DNA of 64,000 bases from Candidatus Bathyarchaeia archaeon (GCA_038727135.1 JAVYWL010000004.1:92644-156643); one strand, 5' to 3'; numbered from the stretch's first letter, positions 28,684 through 38,732 are shown. Numbers and translations: made by a program. The notes: generated from the sequence alone by a model not told the origin.

Positions 28684-28689
28684 AAATAG

Positions 28690-30222
28690 ATGTTTAGGCA
28701 AGCTCGATGGGATGAACCAATAATTTTTAATCTTAGAAAAGCTGGACGAGTAGGCTACACTTTGCCAAGGGTTGAGGAGGATGTTAAAAGGGCTGTCGGC
28801 GACTTGTACACGTTGATTCCCGAAAACTTACAAAGGAAAGATGCGCCTAGGCTTCCGGAGCTTTCGGAGCCTGAGGTTGTTCGCCATTTTATTCGGCTTT
28901 CGGAGATGAATTATGGTGTTGATTCTGGGCTTTATCCTCTTGGAAGCTGTACAATGAAGTATAACCCGAAAATAAACGAGTTTTTGGCTGATTTGCCAAA
29001 ATTGGGCATGCTCCATCCATATCAGGATGAGAGCACAGTGCAGGGCATCTTGGAAATCCTTTATAGGCTTGAGCGTTGGCTTGCTGAAATAACGGGAACA
29101 GCTGAAGTCTGTTTGCAGCCGTCCGCCGGCGCGCATGGAGAGTTTTTAGGAGTTTGCATAATGCGTGCCTATCATAAGCTGAATGGCGAACTTGAAAGAC
29201 GGAAAGACGTACTTGTTCCTGATTCTGCTCATGGAACTAATCCGGCAAGTGCGGCTATGGCGGGCTTCAATGTTGTTGTAATTCCATCTGACGCGGATGG
29301 TTGCGTGGACATAGAAGCCTTGAAAGCGGCTGTTTCTGATAGGACTGCGGGTTTAATGCTGACGAACCCGAACACCCTTGGAATATTTGAGAAGAACATT
29401 GAGGAGATAGCCAAAATTGTCCACGAGGCTGGCGGCCTCCTCTACTATGATGGGGCAAACCTAAACCCCATACTTTGCAAGGTTAGGCCTGGCGACATGG
29501 GTTTCGACATAGTCCACATAAACATCCACAAGACTTTTGGCACGCCTCATGGTGGTGGAGGCCCAGGCGCCGGACCAGTAGGCGTTACTGAAGAGTTAGC
29601 CAAGTTCCTGCCGGTTCCAAGAATCGTTTTTGATGGTGAACGCTACTGCCTAGACTATGATAGGCCCTACAGCATTGGTAAGATTAGGTGCTTTTATGGA
29701 AATGTTGCTGTACTGTTGAAGGCTTACGCCTACATTCTCAGTCTTGGACGAGAAGGCTTAGAGGAGGTTGCAGAAGTCTCTGTTTTGAATGCAAATTATG
29801 TTTTGCGAAAGCTTAAGGAAATTGAGGGCTTGGTCCTTCCCTACAACAGCGAGAAGCCTAGAAAGCATGAGTGTGTTTTTAGTGCCAAGCCGTTGAAGAA
29901 CAAGACTGGAGTTTCAGCTCTGAACATTGCGAAACGACTATTAGATTATGGGCTTCATGCGCCCACGATTTATTTTCCATTAATTGTTGAGGAGGCTCTA
30001 ATGATTGAACCGACGGAGACCGCTGAAAAGGAGGAGTTAGACCGTTTCATAGAGGCTATGCGGGAAATCTGCAAGGAAGCCTATGAAAAAACAGAAGAAG
30101 TCTTGAAAGCGCCACACAACACTGCCGTTCAAAGGCTTGACGAGGTTAAGGCTTCCCACCCCCAAACGATGGCTTTAAGCTGGCGGATGTACCAGAAGAA
30201 ACCGGCTGCCAAAAACCCATAA
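28690..30222 (+). CDS. gcvPB: Glycine dehydrogenase (decarboxylating) subunit 2
   Basis: PLGSCTMKYNP, HGTNPASA, NIHKTFGTPHGGGGPG. Confidence 0.96.
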   Translation: MFRQARWDEPIIFNLRKAGRVGYTLPRVEEDVKRAVGDLYTLIPENLQRKDAPRLPELSEPEVVRHFIRLSEMNYGVDSGLYPLGSCTMKYNPKINEFLADLPKLGMLHPYQDESTVQGILEILYRLERWLAEITGTAEVCLQPSAGAHGEFLGVCIMRAYHKLNGELERRKDVLVPDSAHGTNPASAAMAGFNVVVIPSDADGCVDIEALKAAVSDRTAGLMLTNPNTLGIFEKNIEEIAKIVHEAGGLLYYDGANLNPILCKVRPGDMGFDIVHINIHKTFGTPHGGGGPGAGPVGVTEELAKFLPVPRIVFDGERYCLDYDRPYSIGKIRCFYGNVAVLLKAYAYILSLGREGLEEVAEVSVLNANYVLRKLKEIEGLVLPYNSEKPRKHECVFSAKPLKNKTGVSALNIAKRLLDYGLHAPTIYFPLIVEEALMIEPTETAEKEELDRFIEAMREICKEAYEKTEEVLKAPHNTAVQRLDEVKASHPQTMALSWRMYQKKPAAKNP

Positions 30223-30261
30223 CCTTTTATACAGTGTCTTCACCTTTATTTCCGAGAAAAT

Positions 30262-30564
30262 TTGGATGTGTCAAGTTTGAATGAGTTAGAAAGCAAGGTG
30301 TATGAAGCTGTTGGCAGGGTTATCGACCCAGAAACTGGCTTAAGCTTTGCTGAGATGCACATGATTAAAAGCGTTAGGGAAGAGGAGCCTGGCGTTGTTA
30401 AGGTCGAGTTTATCCCTTCAAGTCCCTTCTGCCCAATAGCCTTCAAACTAGCCATGGACATTAAACGTGAAGCCCTAAAAGTTCCTGGTGTTAAAAAGGC
30501 GCTGGTTTATTGCCGCGGGCACATGATGGAACAGCAGATTAACGAGGCAACAAACAAGGAATAA
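30262..30564 (+). CDS. DUF59/SufT-like Fe-S assembly protein
   Basis: VIDPETG...SPFCPIA motif. Confidence 0.85.
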   Translation: MDVSSLNELESKVYEAVGRVIDPETGLSFAEMHMIKSVREEEPGVVKVEFIPSSPFCPIAFKLAMDIKREALKVPGVKKALVYCRGHMMEQQINEATNKE

Positions 30565-30607
30565 GCGAACGTTTACCCTATTCTATTGTCCAGCGAGCGT
30601 TAGCATC

Positions 30608-31480
30608 ATGCGTGTTAAAGGCGAGCATGAAATATACTGCTGCGGCGCCCGCGTACGCATTTCAGATAAAGGCATAGAAGTTTTAAGCGAACCAATGATT
30701 GATTATTGTCCTCTCCACGAGGCACTTTATGGTACAAAAAAGATTGATGTTGAGGCTGTGAGGAAAAGTGTTGAAATGAAGATTGCCGGCTTTGGCTTCT
30801 GTTGCGGAAACCGCGTCTTCAATGACGAGCCGATTGTGGCTTATGGGGCTTCTGAAATGATGCGTGTCTGGCTGGAAAAGGGACTTATTGACTGCGCGGT
30901 TATCGTATGCGAGGGCGCTGGAACAGTCATAATTTTCAATGGGAGGCTTGTGCAAGCCATTGGCGCCCGCCTAACCGGAATAGTGAAGACCTCGCCAATA
31001 CCCGAAATAATCCGGAAAATCAAAAGTGAAGGCGGGGTGGTTCTTGACGAGGCAACCGCCTCCATCGACCAAGCGAATGGGGTGAAAAGGGCTTTAGATT
31101 TGGGGTTTAGGCGCGTAGCTGTGAGCGTGGCTGGTTTTCAATCGAAGGCGATAAGTGACATTAGGAAACTTGAGGCTGAGGCGAAAGCTGACGTTTTAAT
31201 TTTTTCAGTCTGCAACACATGTGTTAGCAAGGCAGATGTGGAGTACATAGCTAGAGCTGATGTTGTCTGTGCAAGCGCTTCGAAAATACTTCGAGAGGAA
31301 ATTGGCAAAAAAGCACTGTTACAGCTGGGTGTGACAATACCTGTTTACGCCTTAACTGACAAGGGGAAACGCCTTGTTCTGGCTTACTTGGCAGAGTTCA
31401 AAGATAGACTCGTCATTTTTAGAACTGGCATGCTTCCCTATGAAGTGGAAGGCAAGGGACCGCGACTTAAAGACTCTTAA
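30608..31480 (+). CDS. Methanogenesis marker protein 8 (DUF2099) family
   Basis: EP.IDYCPL, FGFC, YGASEM, VCEGAGTV, IDQ..GV..A, CASASK. Confidence 0.8.
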   Translation: MRVKGEHEIYCCGARVRISDKGIEVLSEPMIDYCPLHEALYGTKKIDVEAVRKSVEMKIAGFGFCCGNRVFNDEPIVAYGASEMMRVWLEKGLIDCAVIVCEGAGTVIIFNGRLVQAIGARLTGIVKTSPIPEIIRKIKSEGGVVLDEATASIDQANGVKRALDLGFRRVAVSVAGFQSKAISDIRKLEAEAKADVLIFSVCNTCVSKADVEYIARADVVCASASKILREEIGKKALLQLGVTIPVYALTDKGKRLVLAYLAEFKDRLVIFRTGMLPYEVEGKGPRLKDS

Positions 31481-31550
31481 TTAACCAAAATGCTTAAGTG
31501 AAGAGTCGTCGATATGTTCTTGCAACAGATGTAAAGGTGTTGATTTAGGT

Positions 31551-32027
31551 TTGGCAGTTGAAGGTTTTTCGGGAGGCAGAAAACCAGTAGACGTGAAAGT
31601 AGGCGAATTAACCCCCGCCTCAAGGGCTGTAAACGTGAAGGCAAAAGTCGTCTCAAAAAGCGAAGTTAGAAATGTGGCTTCTGGAAGGGACGGAGCACCC
31701 CACAAGGTCTGCGACGCCCTAGTAGGCGACGAGACGGGATGCATTTACCTAACCCTATGGGACGACAATATAGCCAAAGTCAAAGAAGGCGAAACAATAA
31801 GTATAGGAAACGGCTACGTAACCCTATTCAAGGGGAGCATGCGCTTAAACGTAGGCAGATATGGCACACTTGAGGTTGCAAAAGAAGCATTAACTGTTGA
31901 GGTGAACACACAAAACAATCTTTCATCGAAGGTTTACGAGCAGCAAAGACGACCATTCAGGGGAAGAGGCGGAAGAGACTTCGGCGGACGGGAAAGAAGA
32001 GGCGGGTTCCGCCAAAGAAGATACTAA
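31551..32027 (+). CDS. ssb: Single-stranded DNA-binding protein (single OB fold, crenarchaeal type)
   Basis: LVGDETG.I.LTLW, NGYV..FKG..RLNVGRYG; Gly/Arg-rich tail. Confidence 0.9.
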   Translation: MAVEGFSGGRKPVDVKVGELTPASRAVNVKAKVVSKSEVRNVASGRDGAPHKVCDALVGDETGCIYLTLWDDNIAKVKEGETISIGNGYVTLFKGSMRLNVGRYGTLEVAKEALTVEVNTQNNLSSKVYEQQRRPFRGRGGRDFGGRERRGGFRQRRY

Positions 32028-32075
32028 CAATCGTAGTCCATCCCGTAATTATCGTAAACCCCTTTTATTAGCCTC

Positions 32076-32855
32076 CTATTTTCTCTGCAATACAGTAATT
32101 GGTCTGTTAAATCTTTCAGCCTTTTCAAGGGGCTGTTTTAAATCAAAATTGTTGAACCAGCCAATAAACTCAAATTTGCCATTCCTTTCAAGGAGTTCAA
32201 GAAACTCTTGTGGAAAAATCAGCTTGCCAACTTTTTCGGTCACAAAAACCTTCGTTTTTTCTTCTTCGATAACTTCAAGTGTTATCTTCTCAATTATTTT
32301 CTGCTCCACATAATTTAGCGGTGCAACACTCCAAGCTACATTTATGATAAGCCCGTCTTTTATCACAGTCCAGCTTTCTCCTCCAAGCCTCGTCCAGTCG
32401 AATCGGATGCAGCTATCTAAAAGGTATAAGCCGCCCTTTTCGAGGCATTCAGCCACAGAATCTAAATGTGTGAGAAGTTCCTTGTTGGTTTCAACGGTCA
32501 GGGAGCCGAGCATACAGAAGGCGAAATCAAAGCTTCCTTTAACCTTAAAGTTGCGCATGTCTGCATGGATAACCTCTATTTCAACGCCAGCCTTCTTCGC
32601 CTTCCCCAAGGAATAGTCTAGCATAGGCTTGCTTATGTCCAAACCGGCAAAGGAGTAGCCACGCTTAACAAGCTCTAACATGTAGGGGCTTGGGCCACAT
32701 CCCACGTCGAGGACTCGTTTAACCTTAATTTTTGAAAATCTTCTAATGCACTCTTCGAAAAAGTTAACCTCCCCGGCTATGTCCCGAAAGCCGAAGGCAA
32801 CATCATAATAAAACGGATTTTCGTATACCTCTGGATAAGTTTCTCGCTTCGCCAT
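32076..32855 (-). CDS. Class I SAM-dependent methyltransferase
   Basis: RVLDVGCG, GLDIS..ML, ADMRNF, LEKGGLYL. Confidence 0.92.
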   Translation of the reverse strand: MAKRETYPEVYENPFYYDVAFGFRDIAGEVNFFEECIRRFSKIKVKRVLDVGCGPSPYMLELVKRGYSFAGLDISKPMLDYSLGKAKKAGVEIEVIHADMRNFKVKGSFDFAFCMLGSLTVETNKELLTHLDSVAECLEKGGLYLLDSCIRFDWTRLGGESWTVIKDGLIINVAWSVAPLNYVEQKIIEKITLEVIEEEKTKVFVTEKVGKLIFPQEFLELLERNGKFEFIGWFNNFDLKQPLEKAERFNRPITVLQRK

Positions 32856-32900
32856 GAACTCTCAAAGAGGATAATTAGTCAGAACGCAGATTTAAAGACT

Positions 32901-33236
32901 TCAATTAGCCTTCTCCTCAAAGGCTTTTCTAGCTTCATTCAAGCATTCCAAAAAGCCAAAATCTTTCTTGACATGGAACTCCAATCCAAGCTTACTGTAT
33001 AGGCTTTTAATAATGGCTTTCTCAATAACCTCTGCACCGGAACCAAAAATGCTTCTCAAACATTCGACAAAAATTTCTGGATAGCCCGGAATATCTTCCT
33101 TTTTTAGGGCGTAAGACTGTTTTAGGCGAAAATATATGACTTCCCTTCCATTTTCCCCCAGCATGAGTAACCCTTCATCGATAGCCTCCACTAAAGCTTT
33201 TTTGAAGACTTCTGTCCTCTGGGTCATCATGCCCAC
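32901..33236 (-). CDS. NitrOD5/DUF3227-like small alpha-helical protein
   Basis: EAIDEGL..LGE...IYF.L...IP..PE.F...L..IFGSGA.VIEK.I...LY pattern. Confidence 0.7.
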   Translation of the reverse strand: MGMMTQRTEVFKKALVEAIDEGLLMLGENGREVIYFRLKQSYALKKEDIPGYPEIFVECLRSIFGSGAEVIEKAIIKSLYSKLGLEFHVKKDFGFLECLNEARKAFEEKAN

Positions 33237-33237
33237 C

Positions 33238-33993
33238 TCAAAACTCTTTGGCGTGAACGTAGAAGGCCATCAAAAAGAATAGGTATGCGAGGTCGAAAAG
33301 GACGTCAAGCATATGTCCACTATAATAAGTGCCTTGCGCGGTTGTCCAGCTGAACAATATGTCGGCGCAAGCATTCAAGGATATGGCTACTTTAATTAAA
33401 AGCCACGACTTTCCTAGTTTCCCCTTCCAGAAAATTATGAGACCTAAAAGTGCCACAGAAAACAGCGTGAGGTCGAGGATTGGATAGGCAAAGTCTATGA
33501 CTACTGCTGTTGGGTTCTCTTCAGCCGTTAAAACCGGTGTTAGCAGCACGCTTGTGACTAGAATTGTTAGGACAGCTGTTATGATCATGGATAATGCGAA
33601 CGTTTTCTTTGTTAGTGCGCTGCCAAACAACTTAACGTAAAGATACAAAGCGATGAAGAAGGGAATGTATCCGCTTATCCAAAAAACGTCGGCGATGGAC
33701 GGATAGGGCAGCTCAACGCCAAGCACCAGCGTGTATCCAGCCCAAATTGCCTCTCCGACAAACCAGAGGAAAAGGCCGCACGTAAAATGGAGCCAAATAA
33801 CGGAAAATTGTCCTTTTGCCTTTCTCCAATACCTCTCCAGAGACAGACCAGATACAACAACCGCTGCACCAGCTATAACGGGCGGAAAAGCGTTGGAAAA
33901 AACGCCGATAAAATCCGGATAAAACCCTTGAAGGGCATAAATTAGTATCAGACCAACGGTTATTAACAGACCAGCCTTGTAAATCCTCAGCAT
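33238..33993 (-). CDS. Multi-TM membrane protein resembling a stand-alone sensor input domain
   Basis: 7-8 TMs; LW..GE.IW..Y, PYPSIADVFWISGY, YPILD motifs. Confidence 0.75.
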   Translation of the reverse strand: MLRIYKAGLLITVGLILIYALQGFYPDFIGVFSNAFPPVIAGAAVVVSGLSLERYWRKAKGQFSVIWLHFTCGLFLWFVGEAIWAGYTLVLGVELPYPSIADVFWISGYIPFFIALYLYVKLFGSALTKKTFALSMIITAVLTILVTSVLLTPVLTAEENPTAVVIDFAYPILDLTLFSVALLGLIIFWKGKLGKSWLLIKVAISLNACADILFSWTTAQGTYYSGHMLDVLFDLAYLFFLMAFYVHAKEF

Positions 33994-34245
33994 TCATGTG
34001 TCCTCCTTGAAGGGTGCGTGATGCGTGGCTACGTTTGCACGCGGATTTCTCGGAAGTGCGATGCTTGTCTTTGAGGAATGATAAATACGGGGGTCCCCGC
34101 CCAGATATATAAGTTGTGAACAGCAAATCTGAATTGTAAAAGCTCACAATCTGAAGTTTAGGGCTTGTGGGTTTTTACCGCAACCCTTAAAGCTCTAGTG
34201 CACGAAACAAAACATCTCCATCGAAGAAAAGGAGAAGATTATAGT

Positions 34246-35628
34246 ATGTGCTCAGCTGGAAAGGAGGAGAGAAAACCAACAGTTGAAGAACTTCTTGCAA
34301 AGGCGAAAAAGCCGTCACAGCTTGCACCATCCATGCACAAGTTTTATGAAGGAAAGGTTCAAGTTATGCCAAAATGCGCCATAACAAGCCCAGACGATTT
34401 CGCAATATGGTATACTCCTGGCGTTGCAGCTCCATGCAAAGAAATTCAGGCAAACCCAGAAAAAGTTTTTGAACTAACAAACCGTTGGAACTATGTGGCT
34501 GTTGTCTCCGACGGCACCCGTGTTTTAGGTTTGGGCGACATAGGTCCAGAGGCAGCCATGCCAGTTATGGAGGGAAAAGCCCTACTCTTCAAGTATCTGG
34601 GTGGTGTTGACGCTTTCCCCATATGCCTAAAAACCAAAGACCCTGAAGAAATTGTCCGCGCCTGCGAGCTTATAGAACCCTCATTTGGCGGAATAAACCT
34701 AGAAGACATTGAAAAGCCCAAATGCTTCTACGTCCTGGAAGAAGCCCGAAAAAGACTGCAAATCCCAGTTTGGCACGACGACCAGCAGGGAACAGCCACA
34801 GTCATATTGGCGGGTTTAATAAACGCCTTCAAAATAGTCGGCAAAAAACCAAAAGAAAGCCTAATAACCCTCGTAGGCGCCGGAGCAGCCAACATCAGAA
34901 CAGCCTACGTTCTAATAAGGTGGGGAGTAAAGCCTGGAAACATAATAATGGTGGACACGAAGGGCATAATCCACGCCGGAAGAAAAGACTTGTCAAAAGA
35001 GGAAGACCCATGGAAGTACGAGCTTGCCCAAATAACAAACGCTGAAGGCAGAACAGGCGACATAGCAGAAGCCTTCAAAGGCGTAGACGCCGTTGTGGCA
35101 GCATCAAAACCGGGACCAGGAACAATAAAGAAGGAATGGGTTGCCACAATGGCAGATAACGCCATAGTCTTTGCATGTGCAAACCCAATACCGGAAATAT
35201 GGCCTTGGGAAGCAAAAGAGGCTGGGGCACGCATTGTGGCAACTGGAAGAAGCGACTTTCCAAATCAAGTAAACAACAGTTTGGGCTTCCCGGCAATTTT
35301 CCGTGGGGTCTTGGACGTGAAGGCTAAAACGGTTACTGATGACATGTGCATTGCGGCTGCAGAGGAGCTTGCCAAGTTCGCAGAGGAAAGAGGAATACAT
35401 GAAGACGACATACTGCCAAGAATGGAGGAGTGGGAGGTCTTCCCACGCGAGGCAGTGGCATGCGCCCTAAAATCCATAGAGCAAGGTGTAGCCAGAGTAA
35501 AACTCAGCAGGCAAGAACTCTACGAAAGGGCAGTCTCAATAATAAAGAATGCCAGAGAAAGCCTAAAAGTGCTAATGAGGGAAGGATTGATAAAGAAGCC
35601 GCCTCCAGAAGAAAAATTGCTAAAGTAA
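34246..35628 (+). CDS. NAD(P)-dependent malic enzyme
   Basis: YTPGVA, DGTRVLGLGDIG, INLEDI, HDDQQGT, GAGAA, TGRSDFPNQVNN. Confidence 0.95.
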   Translation: MCSAGKEERKPTVEELLAKAKKPSQLAPSMHKFYEGKVQVMPKCAITSPDDFAIWYTPGVAAPCKEIQANPEKVFELTNRWNYVAVVSDGTRVLGLGDIGPEAAMPVMEGKALLFKYLGGVDAFPICLKTKDPEEIVRACELIEPSFGGINLEDIEKPKCFYVLEEARKRLQIPVWHDDQQGTATVILAGLINAFKIVGKKPKESLITLVGAGAANIRTAYVLIRWGVKPGNIIMVDTKGIIHAGRKDLSKEEDPWKYELAQITNAEGRTGDIAEAFKGVDAVVAASKPGPGTIKKEWVATMADNAIVFACANPIPEIWPWEAKEAGARIVATGRSDFPNQVNNSLGFPAIFRGVLDVKAKTVTDDMCIAAAEELAKFAEERGIHEDDILPRMEEWEVFPREAVACALKSIEQGVARVKLSRQELYERAVSIIKNARESLKVLMREGLIKKPPPEEKLLK

Positions 35629-35726
35629 ACGGTTAAAACGCCCAAAAATCTACTTTCTTTTTGGATTCTGTAGAAAATTATTTAAACGATTCTATGAAAC
35701 ATAGAATGGCTAGGGAGAAAGAAGAA

Positions 35727-36215
35727 ATGCGCTCAGATTACGCCTTATACACAGTAGCCATAATATTCTTCATAATAACCGGAATTGTGTTCGCCGTCCA
35801 AATAGACCAAACATACAAATCTCTTGGAATTATCGCAACCTCAGTGCTGGGGATTTTCTTCATCGGGCTAGGTTACACTCAAAGACCAAAAGCAAAAGTG
35901 CAAATGGTGGCTACACCACCGCCTCCGCCCCCGCCTCCAACTCAACCTATTCAACCCGCACAGCCACCTCCTGTTCCAACACCAACAGTAGTGGTTGAGG
36001 AAAAAGCTGTGGAGGTAGCCCCTACTGGGACGCCATTAACTAAGGTTAAGGGTATAGGCAAAAAAAGGTCGGAGCAGCTTAAAGCCTTGGGCATAAACAC
36101 TGTTGAAGAACTTGCCAAAGCATCAGCAAAAGAGCTAGCCTCAAAACTTAAGATTTCACCGAAAATAACGCAGAGATGGATTGAAAACGCCAAAAGGCTG
36201 ACAGAAAAATCCTAA
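35727..36215 (+). CDS. Two-TM protein with polyproline linker and C-terminal helix-hairpin-helix domain
   Basis: TM-TM-PPPPPPPP...-LTKVKGIG.KR...L..LGI.TV.ELA; start uncertain. Confidence 0.8.
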   Translation: MRSDYALYTVAIIFFIITGIVFAVQIDQTYKSLGIIATSVLGIFFIGLGYTQRPKAKVQMVATPPPPPPPPTQPIQPAQPPPVPTPTVVVEEKAVEVAPTGTPLTKVKGIGKKRSEQLKALGINTVEELAKASAKELASKLKISPKITQRWIENAKRLTEKS

Positions 36216-36238
36216 AAGGACAAGCCTCAAAGCAGTGT

Positions 36239-36514
36239 TTACATTCTCAAGATTTTTACTATATTCCTTCTCTCCAGCCTCTTTATAGCGTCTAAAAACT
36301 CGTTACGCTTCTTCCCAGACAACTTGAAGCATTGAAGCATATCCGCCAAAGGCGTCCCAGGCTTTCCAAGCCCAGCTTTTTCTTTGTGGAGATGCTTAAC
36401 TATTAGCCTCTCAAGTTTTCCACATCGCCAAGTGGTGTTACGGATAAGCACAACAATTGCTCTTCTAAACCTTCCCCTATCCTTCTTCTGCTCTTCCTTC
36501 AAGTCCATCCTCAC
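36239..36514 (-). CDS. Small basic hypothetical protein (winged-helix-like C-terminus)
   Basis: Fills gap; ends FLDAIKRLERRNIVKI. Confidence 0.6.
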   Translation of the reverse strand: MRMDLKEEQKKDRGRFRRAIVVLIRNTTWRCGKLERLIVKHLHKEKAGLGKPGTPLADMLQCFKLSGKKRNEFLDAIKRLERRNIVKILRM

Positions 36515-36615
36515 CTTAAATTTAGGCGTTGATACTTTTAGAGTTTACGTTGCCGCCAGAAACCCATATATCTTTAAGTGTTCAACGATGTTAGCCTAAA
36601 CCGAGGCTGAATGCT

Positions 36616-37041
36616 ATGCTGGAAGGAAAAATAGGAAGGATAATTTTCTCACGAATATTCGAAGGCGAAGATTTGGCAGAAGCCATCAAACAAAGGGCTG
36701 AAAAAAGCGGAGTGAAGGCTGGTCTAATAGTTGCTATTGGAAGCCTAAAAACGGCTGTGCTCGGCTATTATAAAGAGGGCGAATACAAATATATTCGGTT
36801 AGGCGGCCCTTTGGAGATTGCCTCATGCATTGGAAACATTGCCATAGATGAAAAGGGCGAAACAATAATTCATGCACATATTGTTGTCACAGATGAGGGG
36901 GGCAAAGCTTTCGGCGGCCACTTAATGCAAGGCTCAATTGTGGGCGCCACAGCAGAGTTAGCCATAACTGAAGGTTTAGGCTTAAACTTGCAGAGAGCTT
37001 TCGACGAGAAGACGAAGCTTAAGCTTTTAAGGCTGGACTAA
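36616..37041 (+). CDS. PPC/DUF296 domain protein
   Basis: GEDL, AIGSL, LEIAS..GN, HAHI, GGHL. Confidence 0.92.
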   Translation: MLEGKIGRIIFSRIFEGEDLAEAIKQRAEKSGVKAGLIVAIGSLKTAVLGYYKEGEYKYIRLGGPLEIASCIGNIAIDEKGETIIHAHIVVTDEGGKAFGGHLMQGSIVGATAELAITEGLGLNLQRAFDEKTKLKLLRLD

Positions 37042-37491
37042 CGCCTTTTCCAAGAGTATTCCGTGGGCATCTCCATAATAGTGGCGGAGCTTTCCAACTT
37101 TTTTATAACCGAGCTTTTGGTAAAGGCTTAATGCCGCGATATTATCCTCCCTAACCTCCAAACGGGAAACCTTCACTTGTTTATCCTTGAAAATTTTCTC
37201 CAATTCTTGTAGTAGTTTAATTCCTACACCTTTGCGGCGGTGGCTTTGGGAAACATCTATGGTCAATATGTGCCCGGTTAAGATGTTGTCTTCAACATAG
37301 ACCATTCCGATGATAAAGCCTATTATTTTGTCGTTCTCTTTCGCGATTAGACTTATGCAGTTCTGGTTTTGGAGTAGTTGAGCTATCTGCTGTTTTGTGA
37401 AGGCTTCGCTTTTAAAACATTCCATTTCAATTTCAAAAAGTCTATCCAAATGCGCTATTGAGGCGTCTTCAATCTTTACCGTCGTCGACAC
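37027..37491 (-). CDS. RimI/Ard1-type GNAT N-acetyltransferase
   Basis: HILTIDV...RRKGVG..LL, LEVR.DN..A..LY.KLGY, YYGD. Confidence 0.9.
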   Translation of the reverse strand: MSTTVKIEDASIAHLDRLFEIEMECFKSEAFTKQQIAQLLQNQNCISLIAKENDKIIGFIIGMVYVEDNILTGHILTIDVSQSHRRKGVGIKLLQELEKIFKDKQVKVSRLEVREDNIAALSLYQKLGYKKVGKLRHYYGDAHGILLEKALVQP

Positions 37492-37518
37492 CTTAATTTA
37501 ACAGAGGAGAGGCGAAAT

Positions 37519-38604
37519 TTAGCCTTTATCAGTTTTATTCGTCTTAAGTGACACCCTTATTGCTGATATTTCAATCCATTGTTGGATGGCAAATCCAACG
37601 AAGAACTTTAGCCAAAGCGACAAAATCCTAGTGAGGATTGTTGCTGTTGCGCTTATATCAAAAGGTATGCCCAAAACCACGTAAAGTGTCGTCATGGTTA
37701 TTTCTGGCAGTCCAACCTCAAAAGGCACACCTATGGGAATAGATTTTATAGCCATCGTTATAGACTGTGTCACGAAAATTATGCCAATCATTTTTAAGAA
37801 TAAGTTTTCAAAACCTAATGATAGAAAAACTAGGTAGCAGATAGCCAAATAAGAGAGCCACGAAAGCGTGGTCAATAATATGGAGGTTAGAACAACTTTT
37901 GGTGCGTGGGCATATTCCTTCATTGAATCATGGAAAGTTCCAACAATTTTGAAGGCGTCTTCTCTAGCCTTCGCCAACTTTGGTTTCCATTGACCTTTGC
38001 CAACGAATTCAAAAATTCTGATTAGGCGGTCTATGATTTTCAAGGTCCAATTTATTTTGACGCATAAAATGATAAGTAAAATGATGAAGAAGACGGTTGC
38101 CGCAGTGACGAAGACGCTTAAATTAAAAATCAGTGGGCTGATAGGCGCCATTAGAAGCATGATTGTTCCAATTCCGATTGTTGCGGCGCCAACCCCCATG
38201 CCTATTAGCCTATGAGTTACTAGGGATGCCGCAACCTTGCCGCTCACGTCGTTTCCCTGCTCGCGAATGATTAGGTATGCCCTAGAAATTTCCCCGCTTA
38301 TGGATTCCGCTGGTATGATGATGTCCATAAAGTTTCCATACCAAACATAAAGGTAGGATTTCAGAATTGAAATTTTCAATGAAAGAAATTTTAGCAGAGT
38401 GTGCCAAGCTGTTGAGTAAAGAAACATTTCGACGAAGATAAGTGAGGCAGCCAGCAAATAAAGGGGCATGTTTGCCCTCTGAATCTTTGCGATGATTTCT
38501 GGTATGTCCACACGGAAGATGAAGAGGTATAGGATGAAGGCTATTATGCCAATAAAAAGCATGACTAGGGTCTTCCATGTAATCTTTGGTTTGGCGGAAG
38601 CCAT
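37519..38604 (-). CDS. UPF0104 / lysylphosphatidylglycerol-synthase TM (flippase-like) protein
   Basis: IIP..SISGE..RAY, P..VG..E, TILTR; many TMs. Confidence 0.85.
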   Translation of the reverse strand: MASAKPKITWKTLVMLFIGIIAFILYLFIFRVDIPEIIAKIQRANMPLYLLAASLIFVEMFLYSTAWHTLLKFLSLKISILKSYLYVWYGNFMDIIIPAESISGEISRAYLIIREQGNDVSGKVAASLVTHRLIGMGVGAATIGIGTIMLLMAPISPLIFNLSVFVTAATVFFIILLIILCVKINWTLKIIDRLIRIFEFVGKGQWKPKLAKAREDAFKIVGTFHDSMKEYAHAPKVVLTSILLTTLSWLSYLAICYLVFLSLGFENLFLKMIGIIFVTQSITMAIKSIPIGVPFEVGLPEITMTTLYVVLGIPFDISATATILTRILSLWLKFFVGFAIQQWIEISAIRVSLKTNKTDKG

Positions 38605-38732
38605 CTGCCTTTACATCTCAATGACGCAGAAAAGCCTCTAGCCACATTATATATTTTACCCAACTTCGTGTTTGACAGGCTTCAGCAACTCAAAATAGAT
38701 CTTAAACCATAACGTATACTGTTGGTGTTTGT

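Noticed and set aside
27286-30222. gcvPA/PB without gcvT/gcvH as a novel system
   Set aside because: Dispersed gcv genes are common in archaea; partners may lie outside the window
34075-34155. C/D box sRNA (ATGATAA ... CTGA ... CTGA)
   Set aside because: Box C imperfect, spacing too long and no clear C' box; overlaps probable promoters
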